NCBI GenBank assembly: GCA_964016885.1
Contig: CAXHJY010000881.1
Coordinates: 1 to 33,509, forward strand
Length of the DNA: 33,509 bases
Direction of reading: 5' to 3'
Source: Eledone cirrhosa
Taxonomy: Eukaryota
Below the pieces are notes generated by a model. It did not search any database and was not told the origin of the DNA. It saw only the letters and a program-made list of their open reading frames with translations. Shown one piece after another: positions 1 through 12,013 of the stretch (position 1 is the first letter of the stretch; the number at the start of each line of letters is the position of its first letter). The translations under genes and the position numbers were made by a program.

Positions 1-826
1 GGTTAATTTAATTGTATGTCTATTGAAAATTGAGTGATATCTATGTGTTCTAGGGAAGCGATTATCAAGAGCTTTAAAAAATAGTTTAGCGATGTGGGTT
101 TTAATGTTTAGTGAGAAAGGGGGGACAAACCAAATTATGTTCCTAGTTCTATTTCTTTTTTGGCCTTTGGAATTATTGTAATGCTTTCTATTATAGTTGT
201 TAAGGATGTTGCCGTAATTAAAAAAGTTGTTACTTTGTTTAGTTTGTCTATCATTATCTATGTACACAATCTTATCAGCATATCCTGCTCTAGCTAATGC
301 TTCATTGTAGTATTGGGCTTTTTCGTCGAAAATCTTTCTATTCGACGAGATCCTAGAGATACGTTTTTGAACAGAGTTTACTATAGTGTTTTTGACAGAT
401 CTGGGGTGGTTAGAGTTAAAGTTTACATAGTTTAAGTTTTCATTCAACTTGTGAAAAGGATAGTGAAGACATGTGTTGAGATTTAATGTTATATCTAGGA
501 AATTGACTATTCTATGGTTGTTCTCAATTTCTATTTTAAGATTAAAGTAATTAAAAAATTGTGTAATTTGTTTACATTTTCTATTTAGTTCAGAGTTATT
601 ATTATCAATAAGTAAAAGCATGTCGTCTCTATATAAACCTCCGGTAGTACCGGGTATTTTCCTATGTAGCGAATTGATTAAAAATAAACCCACAAGGTCA
701 GTTACCTGGGCTGAGTCGGATGATCCCATAGTAATGTCAAAATTGCTATCTCTATCTGCTCTGGTCCATAGTTGGTCATTAAATTCTATCAAAGTTTTCC
801 TAGCCGATAATATAATATGCATTTCA
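1..826 (-). mobile_element. Penelope-like element, 5'-truncated inverted copy; open RT/thumb reading frame running off the window edge
   Basis: Reverse complement translates without stops from 825 to 1 (EMHIILSARKTL...FDITMGSSDSAQVTDLVG...GLYRDDML...VNFLDITLNL...SNHP...WFVPPFS...HTIKLT), colinear with ~1140-1977 on +. Absent from the ORF track because no stop is reached. Confidence 0.95.
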
Positions 827-2505
827 TTCAAGATCACAAGCGGAATTTTGAAAATGACCTGCCAGTTAGATTGATCGCACCATCAAAATCGGACCTGGGC
901 AAATTAAGCAAAAACATTCTTGACAGGGTGATACAGCAAATTAAGAACTTGGATTGTTTATCTAACCTGAGCTTGTGGGGGGGAACTGGAGAGGTCGTTG
1001 AGTGGTTTAAGCAAATTAAATATAACAATAATAATAAGTTTATTCAACTTGATATTGCTAACTATTATTCTTCCATTACCCCTAATCTACTAAATAAGGC
1101 ACTAAATTACGCATTCAAACATACAGACCTAACTAGCAGTGAAATGCACATTATATTATCGGCTAGGAAAACATTAATAGAATTTAATGACCAACTATGG
1201 ACCCGAGCAGATAGAGATAACAATTTTGACATTACTATGGGATCATCCGACTCAGCTCAGGTAACTGACCTTGTTGGCTTATTTTTAATCAATTCGCTGC
1301 ATAGGAAAATACCTGGTACTACCGGAGGTTTATATAGAGATGACATGCTTTTACTTATTGATAATAATAACTCTGAACTAAATAGAAAAAGAAAACAAAT
1401 TACACAATTTTTTAATCACTTTAATCTAAAAATAGAAATTGAGAATAACCATAGAATAGTCAACTTCCTAGATATAACATTAAATCTCAACACATGTCTT
1501 CACTATCCATTTCACAAGTTGAATGAAAACTTAAACTATGTCAGCTTTAACTCTAACCACCCCAAATCTGTTAAAAATACTATAGTAAACTCTGTTCAAT
1601 CACGTATCTCTAGAATCTCATCTAATAAAAAGATTTTCGACGAAAAAGCCCATTATTACAATGAAGCGTTAGCTAGAGCAGGATATAGTGATAAAATTAT
1701 GTACATAGATAATGATAAACAAATTAAACAAAATAACAACTATTTTAATTATGGCCACAACCTTAACAACTATAATAGAAAGCATTACAATAATTCCAAA
1801 AGCCATAAAAGAAATAGAACTAGGAATATAATATGGTTTGCCCCCCCCCCCCCCCCCCCTTTCTCACTAAACATTAAAACCCACATTGCTAAACTATTTT
1901 TTAAAGCTCTCGATAATCGCTTCCCTAGAACACATAGGTATCACTCAATTTTCAATAGACATACTATAAAACTAACCTACTCATCCACCAAAAATTTAGC
2001 GCAAAATATTAATAGAATAAATAACAGGAACTTAAAACCTAGCGATAATAGCATAAATAATATCCAAGTTAACAAATGTAACTGTAGAGATAGATCTAAA
2101 TGTCCGTTAAATAACAACTGCTTAGTTAAAAATATAATATACAACTGTAATGTTAAAACGGACGTTAATTCTTTTAACTACGTTGGTTCTACATCGACGG
2201 AATTTAAACTTCGCTATAACAACCACAAGAATTCTTTCACAGATCCATCCAAAAAATCTTCAACAGCACTATCAGGCGTACTCTGGCAACTTAGGCATGA
2301 TAACGTTAGATATTCGACGACTTGGAATATAGTTTCAAGGGGGATTCCTTTTAATTCATCCTCTGAGACATGTGACCTCTGTGCGGAGGAGATATTCTTT
2401 ATACTAAAATCTAAAAATTCCCTTAATCTACGGACAAATTTATTCAGTTGCTGCAGACATAGATTGAACTCAACGTTTAAATATAAATTTAAATTTAAAA
2501 TGTAG
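817..2505 (+). CDS. PLE reverse transcriptase + C-terminal GIY-YIG endonuclease (probably Hydra clade), N-terminally truncated
   Basis: RT motifs DHKRNF/RLI, FIQLDIANYYSSI, FDITMGSSDSAQVTDLVG, GLYRDD, NFLDI, SNHP; Cys linker CNCRDRSKCPLNNNC; EN IIY...YVG...FKLRYNNH...CDLC..E...LN..CCRH. The ATG at 817 comes from the inverted neighbour; true homology starts near 828. Confidence 0.93.
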   Translation: MHFIQDHKRNFENDLPVRLIAPSKSDLGKLSKNILDRVIQQIKNLDCLSNLSLWGGTGEVVEWFKQIKYNNNNKFIQLDIANYYSSITPNLLNKALNYAFKHTDLTSSEMHIILSARKTLIEFNDQLWTRADRDNNFDITMGSSDSAQVTDLVGLFLINSLHRKIPGTTGGLYRDDMLLLIDNNNSELNRKRKQITQFFNHFNLKIEIENNHRIVNFLDITLNLNTCLHYPFHKLNENLNYVSFNSNHPKSVKNTIVNSVQSRISRISSNKKIFDEKAHYYNEALARAGYSDKIMYIDNDKQIKQNNNYFNYGHNLNNYNRKHYNNSKSHKRNRTRNIIWFAPPPPPPFSLNIKTHIAKLFFKALDNRFPRTHRYHSIFNRHTIKLTYSSTKNLAQNINRINNRNLKPSDNSINNIQVNKCNCRDRSKCPLNNNCLVKNIIYNCNVKTDVNSFNYVGSTSTEFKLRYNNHKNSFTDPSKKSSTALSGVLWQLRHDNVRYSTTWNIVSRGIPFNSSSETCDLCAEEIFFILKSKNSLNLRTNLFSCCRHRLNSTFKYKFKFKM

Positions 2506-3894
2506 TTATGTTTGTTTTGATTTGATTTGTAATTATTTATGAAACTAGCCGATAAATCTTTCGATTTCTTCTTTTTATTAAAACATTCTTTTTATTAAAA
2601 CATTCTTCATGAATAATTAAACTACCCTAAAAGCTGATGCTCCAAATATATCGAATTAAATTTTAAACTAGATAAACTTCTATATTATATATAAGAACAT
2701 ATGTAGACCAAATGGGTATCCTAAACTTTTGGAATGATTTCTGCTAGACAGGATTTGGTAAACAATTTTTGTTTTTATCTGTTTCGACTCTGATGCTTAT
2801 GATGATCTTGGCAATATATTGTCAATTAACTTTGAAAGGCTGATCTCTGTGTTTTATTTGTATTATTTTTTAATATTTTTTTATATTTTTTAATATTTTG
2901 TAATATTTTTTATTTTTAATATTAAATGTTTTAGTTTTCTGTTTATTTATTTATTTTCTTGTCTCTGATATTTTTATTTTTATTTTATTTTTATTAATAT
3001 ATTGAAATCTGTTCTCTATTTCTGCTTCATCGACAATCATGTAGAATAAAGACAAGAATAGTATTGTTAAAATTAATATAGACTCTATATATATGTGTAT
3101 ATATACACACATATATGTATACTTGAATTTTTATAGCACAATGAGAATGTTTTCGTGTGAATTGGGAGTTTGTTTATAATTATGATATAAACATATGAAT
3201 TTTTAAAAAACTAGACATAAGATCATTACTTTTCACACATTATAGATACATGTCTCATTCATGAATACTGGTACTTACATTATAATGCCTGTTTTATACG
3301 AACTAATATTTTCTACGGATAAAACATAGCGGTTTTAAATTCTGCATCGTTTATGTCTGGTTATGTTTCATTTTCTCTTTTTCATTTTCTCTTTTTTCTC
3401 TCTATATAACGGCTATTTTCTCTCTTAACTACATACATCTCTCTTTACATTAATACTAGAGCTAAATAAATAAATAAATAAATAAATAAATGTATCAACC
3501 GATACTCAACCTCCTAATTTCTCTATCTATCTCTATCTATCTCTTTCTTTTTTCCTCTCTCTATATATATTTCTCTCTGTTTCTTTACATGAAGTTCTTC
3601 TCTTTATCTATCTTTCTATATCCCTCTATTTAGTCACATGTTCTTTTTCTTCGTTTCTCTTTCTTTCTCTCTTTATCTCTTTCTTTTTACAACTGTCCAC
3701 AATATTTTTTACTGCCAAATCAACCTCCCAAATGCAAGGTGATTGAAAGATATGTCGTATCTATTTATTTATAAGACTGTTTATATTGTATTTTGTCTGA
3801 AGATGGCATAACATATTGTTAATATGATATCCCTGAAATAAATATAACGAAATAAATATGGTTTTATAAATATAGTTTCCATTTATTTAATATC
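827..3894 (+). mobile_element. PLE copy 1: ORF, ~1.4 kb AT-rich 3' region and pLTR ending in (TA)n
   Basis: Terminal ~130 bp (3765-3894) matches pLTRs at 8831-9106, 28906-29060 and 31812-32034; the 3' region is loosely colinear with 28906-30668 on the minus strand. Confidence 0.88.
3783..3859 (+). ncRNA. Type I hammerhead-like motif in pLTR (partly degenerate)
   Basis: CTGAAGA 3797-3803, stem II TGGCATAACATATT/AATATGATATCCCT, GAAA 3835-3838, stem I TTGT/ATAA + bulge + TATT/AATA. Confidence 0.7.
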
Positions 3895-3970
3895 ATATAG
3901 TATATATATATATATATAGTATATATATATATATAGTATATATATATATATATATAGTATATATATATAT

Positions 3971-4009
<39 letters not shown>

Positions 4010-4040
4010 TATATATATATATATAGTATATATATATATA

Positions 4041-4076
<36 letters not shown>

Positions 4077-4244
4077 TATATATATATATATATAGTATAT
4101 ATATATATAGTATATATATATATATATATAGTATATATATATATATAGTATATATATATATATATATAGTATATATATATATATAGTATATATATATATA
4201 TATATATGGTATATATATATATATATATAGTATATATATATATA

Positions 4245-4290
<46 letters not shown>

Positions 4291-4341
4291 TATATATATA
4301 TATATATATATATATACTATATATATATATATATATATATA

Positions 4342-4391
<50 letters not shown>

Positions 4392-4556
4392 TATATATAT
4401 ATATATATATATATACTATATATATATATATATATACTATATATATACTATATATATATATATATATATACTATATATATATATATATATATATACTATA
4501 TATATATATATATACTATATATATATATATATATATATACTATATATATATATATA

Positions 4557-4594
<38 letters not shown>

Positions 4595-4606
4595 TATATA
4601 TATATA

Positions 4607-4697
<91 letters not shown>

Positions 4698-4847
4698 TAT
4701 ATATATATATATATACTATATATATATATATATATATATATACTATATATATATATATATATATACTATATATATATATATATATATACTATATATATAT
4801 ATATATATACTATATATATATATATATACTATATATATATATATATA

Positions 4848-4887
<40 letters not shown>

Positions 4888-4890
4888 TAT

Positions 4891-5011
<121 letters not shown>

Positions 5012-5024
5012 TATATATATATAT

Positions 5025-5348
5025 AAACAACATTAAAAAAATAATGAATAAAACAATGAAACAGTTCCTTATATTAAACAAAAAAAGTTCATTATTTAAC
5101 GATCGTTTCTGGGATATATATGTGTTAGAATTGGCATGTATATTTAACAGATCTATGTACAAAATTATACAAAATTATACAAACTATCAAAATCAAATAT
5201 ACATACCAACTCATATATATGCCGTCTTCAGAACGTGATTTTTCACCGAAAGTGATTTTTCATTGCATCTCTTCTTTCCATGATATCCGGATTACATTGA
5301 GTTCTTCATACGGATTGGACACTACCGTAAACTCTTGGTAGATTTATC

Positions 5349-5350
<2 letters not shown>
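5025..5350 (-). mobile_element. Short PLE 3' end/pLTR of a second family inserted in (TA)n
   Basis: Flanked by TA on both sides; contains a hammerhead core; the minus strand begins INLPRVYGSVQSV*, resembling the LPxVY end of PLE endonucleases (weak). Confidence 0.7.
5093..5236 (-). ncRNA. Hammerhead-like motif with very long stem II and palindromic helix III
   Basis: Minus strand: CTGAAGA (5231-5225), CGGCATATATATG-AGTTGGTATGTATATTT ... AAATATACATGCCAATT-(bulge)-CATATATATCCCA, GAAA (5109-5106), CGATCG palindrome, TT. Stem I is weak. Confidence 0.72.
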
Positions 5351-5401
<51 letters not shown>

Positions 5402-5504
5402 TATATATATATAGTATATATATACATATAGTATATATATATATATATATAGTATATATATATATAGTATATATATACATATAGTATATATATATATATA
5501 TATA

Positions 5505-5595
<91 letters not shown>

Positions 5596-5606
5596 TATAT
5601 ATATAG

Positions 5607-5637
<31 letters not shown>

Positions 5638-5655
5638 TATATATATATATATATA

Positions 5656-5695
<40 letters not shown>

Positions 5696-5714
5696 TATAT
5701 ATATATATATATAG

Positions 5715-5745
<31 letters not shown>

Positions 5746-5806
5746 TATATATATATATATATATAGTATATATATATATATATATACACATATATATATA
5801 TATATA

Positions 5807-5840
<34 letters not shown>

Positions 5841-5862
5841 TATATATATATATATATATATA

Positions 5863-5896
<34 letters not shown>

Positions 5897-5918
5897 TATA
5901 TATATATATATATATATA

Positions 5919-5952
<34 letters not shown>

Positions 5953-6068
5953 TATATATATATATATATATATAGTATATATATATATATATATATATAG
6001 TATATATATATATATATATATATAGTATATATATATATATATATATATAGTATATATATATATATATA

Positions 6069-6346
<278 letters not shown>

Positions 6347-6398
6347 TATATATATATATAGTATATATATACATATAGTATATATATATATATATATA

Positions 6399-6457
<59 letters not shown>

Positions 6458-6471
6458 TATATATATATATA

Positions 6472-6507
<36 letters not shown>

Positions 6508-6525
6508 TATATATATATATATATA

Positions 6526-6563
<38 letters not shown>

Positions 6564-6630
6564 TATATATATATATATATAGTATAAATATATATATATA
6601 TATATATATATACACTATATATATATATAG

Positions 6631-6666
<36 letters not shown>

Positions 6667-6915
6667 TATATATATATTGTATATATATATATATATACAC
6701 TATATATATATATATATAGTATATACATATATATATATATATACACTATATATATATATATATAGTATATATATATATATATATATATATACACTATATA
6801 TATATATATATATAGTATATATATATATATATATATATACACTATATATATATATATATATATAGTATATATATATATATATATATACACTATATATATA
6901 TATATATATATATAG

Positions 6916-6946
<31 letters not shown>

Positions 6947-7000
6947 TATATATACATATATATAGTATATATATATATAGTATATATATATATATATATA

Positions 7001-7034
<34 letters not shown>

Positions 7035-7058
7035 TATATATATATATATATATATATA

Positions 7059-7092
<34 letters not shown>

Positions 7093-7272
7093 TATATATA
7101 TATATATATATATATAGTATATATATATATATATATACACTATATATATATATATTTATATATATATATACACTATATATATATATATATACACTATATG
7201 TATATATATATATATATATACACTATATATATATATATATATATATATACACTATATATATATATATATATA

Positions 7273-7340
<68 letters not shown>

Positions 7341-7362
7341 TATATATATATATATATATATA

Positions 7363-7408
<46 letters not shown>

Positions 7409-7433
7409 CACTATATATATATATATATATATA

Positions 7434-7492
7434 GGAACCAGTAAGACCCCGACAGCTGAGCTCAAGCCGTTTCGACGGCTAATTCTGGACAG
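7434..7492 (-). mobile_element. pLTR fragment (third family) carrying the 3' half of a hammerhead
   Basis: First 51 nt identical to 8157-8207; the minus strand reads AATTAGCCGTC-GAAA-CGGCT-TGAGCTC-AGCTG-TC-GGGG. Confidence 0.65.
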
Positions 7493-7628
7493 TATATATA
7501 TATATATAGTATATATATATATATATATACACTATATATATATATATATATATAGTATATATATATATATATATATAGTATATATATATATATATATATA
7601 TATAGTATATATATATATATATATATAG

Positions 7629-7791
<163 letters not shown>

Positions 7792-7891
7792 TATATATAT
7801 ATATATATATATATATACTATATATATATATATATACTATATATATATATATATATAGTATATATATATATATATATACTATATATATATA

Positions 7892-7933
<42 letters not shown>

Positions 7934-7953
7934 TATATATATATATATATATA

Positions 7954-7984
<31 letters not shown>

Positions 7985-8045
7985 CTATATATACTATATA
8001 TATACTATATATATATATATATATAGTATATATATAGTATATATA

Positions 8046-8076
<31 letters not shown>

Positions 8077-8153
8077 ACGAAGGAAAAGTGGTAAGGAACC
8101 AGGTGGACCATAACGCACCAAAGTACTCAATACTTGAGGTAGTAGAGTGGGTA

Positions 8154-8261
8154 ATAGGAACCAGTAAGACCCCGACAGCTGAGCTCAAGCCGTTTCGACG
8201 GCTAATTAATTAGCCGTCGAAACGGCTTGAGCTCAGCTGTCGGGGTCTTACTGGTTCCTAT
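8154..8261. repeat. Perfect 108-bp palindrome (54-bp arms, no spacer) within island 8077-8258
   Basis: ATAGGAACCAG...GACGGCTAATT|AATTAGCCGTC...CTGGTTCCTAT, centre 8207/8208. Confidence 0.97.
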
Positions 8262-8411
8262 ATATATATATATATATATATAGTATATATATACTATATA
8301 TATATAGAGTATATATATACTATATATATAGTATATATATACTATATATATATATAGTATATATATATATATACTATATATATATATATATATATATAGT
8401 ATATATATATA

Positions 8412-8465
<54 letters not shown>

Positions 8466-8491
8466 TATATATACTATATATATATATATAC

Positions 8492-8563
<72 letters not shown>

Positions 8564-8715
8564 TATATATACTATATATATATATATACTGTGTGTGTAT
8601 ATATATATGTATTGTGTATATATATATATATATTCCTTTCAAACATTTTCTGTTAGTTGTATGTTTTCCTTGTGTATTTCCAATTGTAAGTATTTCCTAG
8701 TGTGTGTATAATATA

Positions 8716-8783
<68 letters not shown>

Positions 8784-8830
8784 TATACTGTGTATGTGTG
8801 TATATAATGTAAATATATATATATATATAT

Positions 8831-9106
8831 GCAAAAGTTTTATTCAAAATTGTTGGGTTACAACAAGTAAATATTTTATAACTGATATAAAGCACCCAAC
8901 AAGTTTTGGAGTAGATATACGATATTAAACAAATGGAAACTATATTTATAAAACCATATTTATTTCATTATACATATTTCGGGGATACCATATTAAAAAT
9001 ATGGCATGCCTTCTTCAGATAAAATACAATATATAAACAGTTTTATAAATAATTTTGACGTACCATAAATATTGAGCAACCGTTATATAGGAAGCCGGTT
9101 TGGTAG
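8831..9106 (-). mobile_element. Solo pLTR of the main PLE family, including the long 3' tail
   Basis: Reverse complement aligns to 31812-32034 and to 28906-29090; TA on both sides. Confidence 0.9.
8957..9031 (-). ncRNA. Type I hammerhead-like motif
   Basis: Minus: TATT-TTAT-CTGAAGA-AGGCATGCCATATT-TTT-AATATGGTATCCCC-GAAA-TATGT-ATAA-TGA-AATA. Confidence 0.78.
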
Positions 9107-9156
9107 TATATATATATATATATATATATATATACTGTGTATGTGTGTATATAATG

Positions 9157-9253
<97 letters not shown>

Positions 9254-9549
9254 TGTGTATGTGTGTATATAATGTATATATATATATATATTCCTTCCAA
9301 ACACTTTCTGTCAGTTATATGTTTTCCTAGTGTATTTCATTAATTTCCAATCCCTGGCAAATCAATATTTACCACATTTTTCTAAACTCAATTATATGTC
9401 AATTCCAATACCGTATCTCTATATGATTATCGGCAACATAGAATTTCTTTCATTGTTTTCTCTTTGTATATGTATCTAATTCCAGTTTGGTTTAGCATGT
9501 TCGTTTAAGGTAAGAAAAACTGAAAACAGGAGTATCACACAGCTATGAT

Positions 9550-9726
9550 GCACAACCAGTAATTTTGTGGGAGGGAAAACTTAGTACTTGAGTGATACTT
9601 AATCTAATCAATTCCGAAAGGATGAAAGGCAAAATTTACTTCAAAGAGATTTTAAATCAGAACCTAAAAAAGTCAGATCAAACATTTTGTCCGACACTTT
9701 AATGATTCTCCCAATCCCTCGCCTTA
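9550..9726 (-). mobile_element. Degenerate tRNA-derived SINE (related to 16896-17082)
   Basis: CCGAAAGGATGAAAGGCAAA...GATTTTAAATCAGAAC...CCAATCCCTCGCCT matches the reverse complement of the SINE body and head. Confidence 0.75.
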
Positions 9727-12013
9727 ATATAATTTCTAACTTTGACCTAAGACCAGAAATACTGGTTGATCAAAAAGTAGATTATATAGACTCCAGTATT
9801 TGACCCAATCCCTCGCCTTAATATAATTGACCTAAGACCAGAAATACTGGTTGATCAAAACGTAGGTTATATAGACTCCAGTATTTGAGCCAATCCCTCG
9901 CCTTAATATAATTGACCTAAGACCAGAAATACTGGTTGATCAAAACGTAGATTATATAGACCCCAGTATTTGAGCCAATCCCTCGCCTTAATATTATTGG
10001 CCTAAGACCAGAAATACTGGTTGATCAAAACGTAGATTATATAGACTCCAGTATTTGAGCCAATCCCTCGCCTTAATATAATTGACCTAAGACCAGAAAT
10101 ACTGGTTGATCAAAAAGTAGATTATATAGACTCCAGTATTTGACCCAATCCCTCGCCTTAATATAATTGACCTAAGACCAGAAATACTGGTTGATCAAAA
10201 AGTAGATTATATAGACTCCAGTATTTGAGCCAATCCCTCGCCTTAATATAATTGACCTAAGACCTGAAATTCTGGTTGATCAAAAAGTAGATTATATAGA
10301 CTCCAGTATTTGAGCCAATCCCTCGCCTTAATATAATTGACCTAAGACCAGAAATACTGGTTGATCAAAAAGTAGATTATATAGACTCCAGTATTTGAGC
10401 CAATCCCTCGCCTTAATATAATTGACCTAAGACCAGAAATACTGGTTGATCAAAAAGTAGATTATATAGACTCCAGTATTTGAGCCATTCCCTCGCCTTA
10501 ATATAATTGACCTAAGACCAGAAATACTGGTTGATCAAAAAGTAGATTATATAGACTCCAGTATTTGAGCCAATCTCTCGCCTTAATATAATTGACCTAA
10601 GTCCAGAAATACTGGTTGATCAAAAAGTAGATTATATAGACTCCAGTATTTGAGCCAATCCCTCGCCTTAATATAATTGACCTAAGACCAGAAATTCTGG
10701 TTGATCAAAAAGTAGATTATATAGACTCCAGTATTTGAGCCAATCCCTCGCCTTAATATAATTGACCTAAGGCCAGAAATACTGGTTGATCAAAAAGTAG
10801 ATTATATAGACTCCAGTATTTGAGCCAATCCCTCGCCTTAATATAATTGACCTAAGACCAGAAATTCTGGTTGATCAAAAAGTAGATTATATAGACTCCA
10901 GTATTTGAGCCAATCCCTCGCCTTAATATAATTGACCTAAGGCCAGAAATACTGGTTGATCAAAAAGTAGATTATATAGACTCCAGTATTTGAGCCAATC
11001 CCTCGCCTTAATATAATTGACCTAAGACCAGAAATACTGGTTGATCAAAAAGTAGATTATATAGACTCCAGTATTTGAGCCAATCTCTCGCCTTAATATA
11101 ATTGACCTAAGTCCAGAAATACTGGTTGATCAAAAAGTAGATTATATAGACTCCAGTATTTGAGCCAATCCCTCGCCTTAATATAATTGACCTAAGACCA
11201 GAAATTCTGGTTGATCAAAACGTAGATTATATAGACTCCAGTATTTGAACCAATCCCTCGCCTTAATATAATTGAGCTAAGACCAGAAATACTGGTTGAT
11301 CAAAACGTAGATTATATAGACTCCAGTATTTGAGCCAATCCCTCGCCTTAATATAATTGAGCTAAGACCAGAAATTCTGGTTGATCAAAACGTAGATTAT
11401 ATAGACTCCAGTATTTGAGCCAATCCCTCGCCTTAATATAATTGACCTAAGACCAGAAATTCTGGTTGATCAAAACGTAGATTATATAGACTCCAGTATT
11501 TGAGCCATTCCCTCGCCTTAATATAATTGACCTAAGACCAGAAATACTGGTTGATCAAAAAGTAGATTATATAGACTCCAGTATTTGAGCCAATCCCTCG
11601 CCTTAATATAATTGACCTAAGACCAGAAATTCTGGTTGATCAAAAAGTAGATTATATAGACTCCAGTATTTGAGCCAATCCCTCGCCTTAATATAATTGA
11701 CCTAAGGCCAGAAATACTGGTTGATCAAAAAGTAGATTATATAGACTCCAGTATTTGAGCCAATCTCTCGCCTTAATATAATTGACCTAAGACCAGAAAT
11801 TCTGGTTGATCAAAACGTAGATTATATAGACTCCAGTATTTGAGCCAATCCCTCGCCTTAATATAATTGACTTAAGACAAGAAATACTGGTTGATCAAAA
11901 AGTAGATTATATAGACTCCAGTATTTGAGCCAATCCCTCGCCTTAATATAATTGACCTAAGACCAGAAATACTGGTTGATCAAAAAGTAGATTATATAGA
12001 CCCCAGTATTTGA
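9711..12013. repeat. 85-bp tandem satellite, 27 units
   Basis: Unit CCAATCCCTCGCCTTAATATAATTGACCTAAGACCAGAAATACTGGTTGATCAAAAAGTAGATTATATAGACTCCAGTATTTGAG; first unit is 94 bp; only scattered substitutions. Confidence 0.98.

Noticed and set aside
620-1028. Short ORFs 620-874(+) and 834-1028(-)
   Set aside because: Antisense shadows of the PLE RT frames.
817-2505. Telomerase, group II intron or retron RT; selenoprotein-type Naiad PLE
   Set aside because: C-terminal GIY-YIG, pLTRs and hammerheads indicate a C-terminal-EN PLE; no N-terminal EN visible and no in-frame TGA.
9711-12013. CRISPR-like appearance (regular repeats with internal hairpin)
   Set aside because: No unique spacers, whole 85-bp units are near-identical, no cas genes, eukaryotic context.
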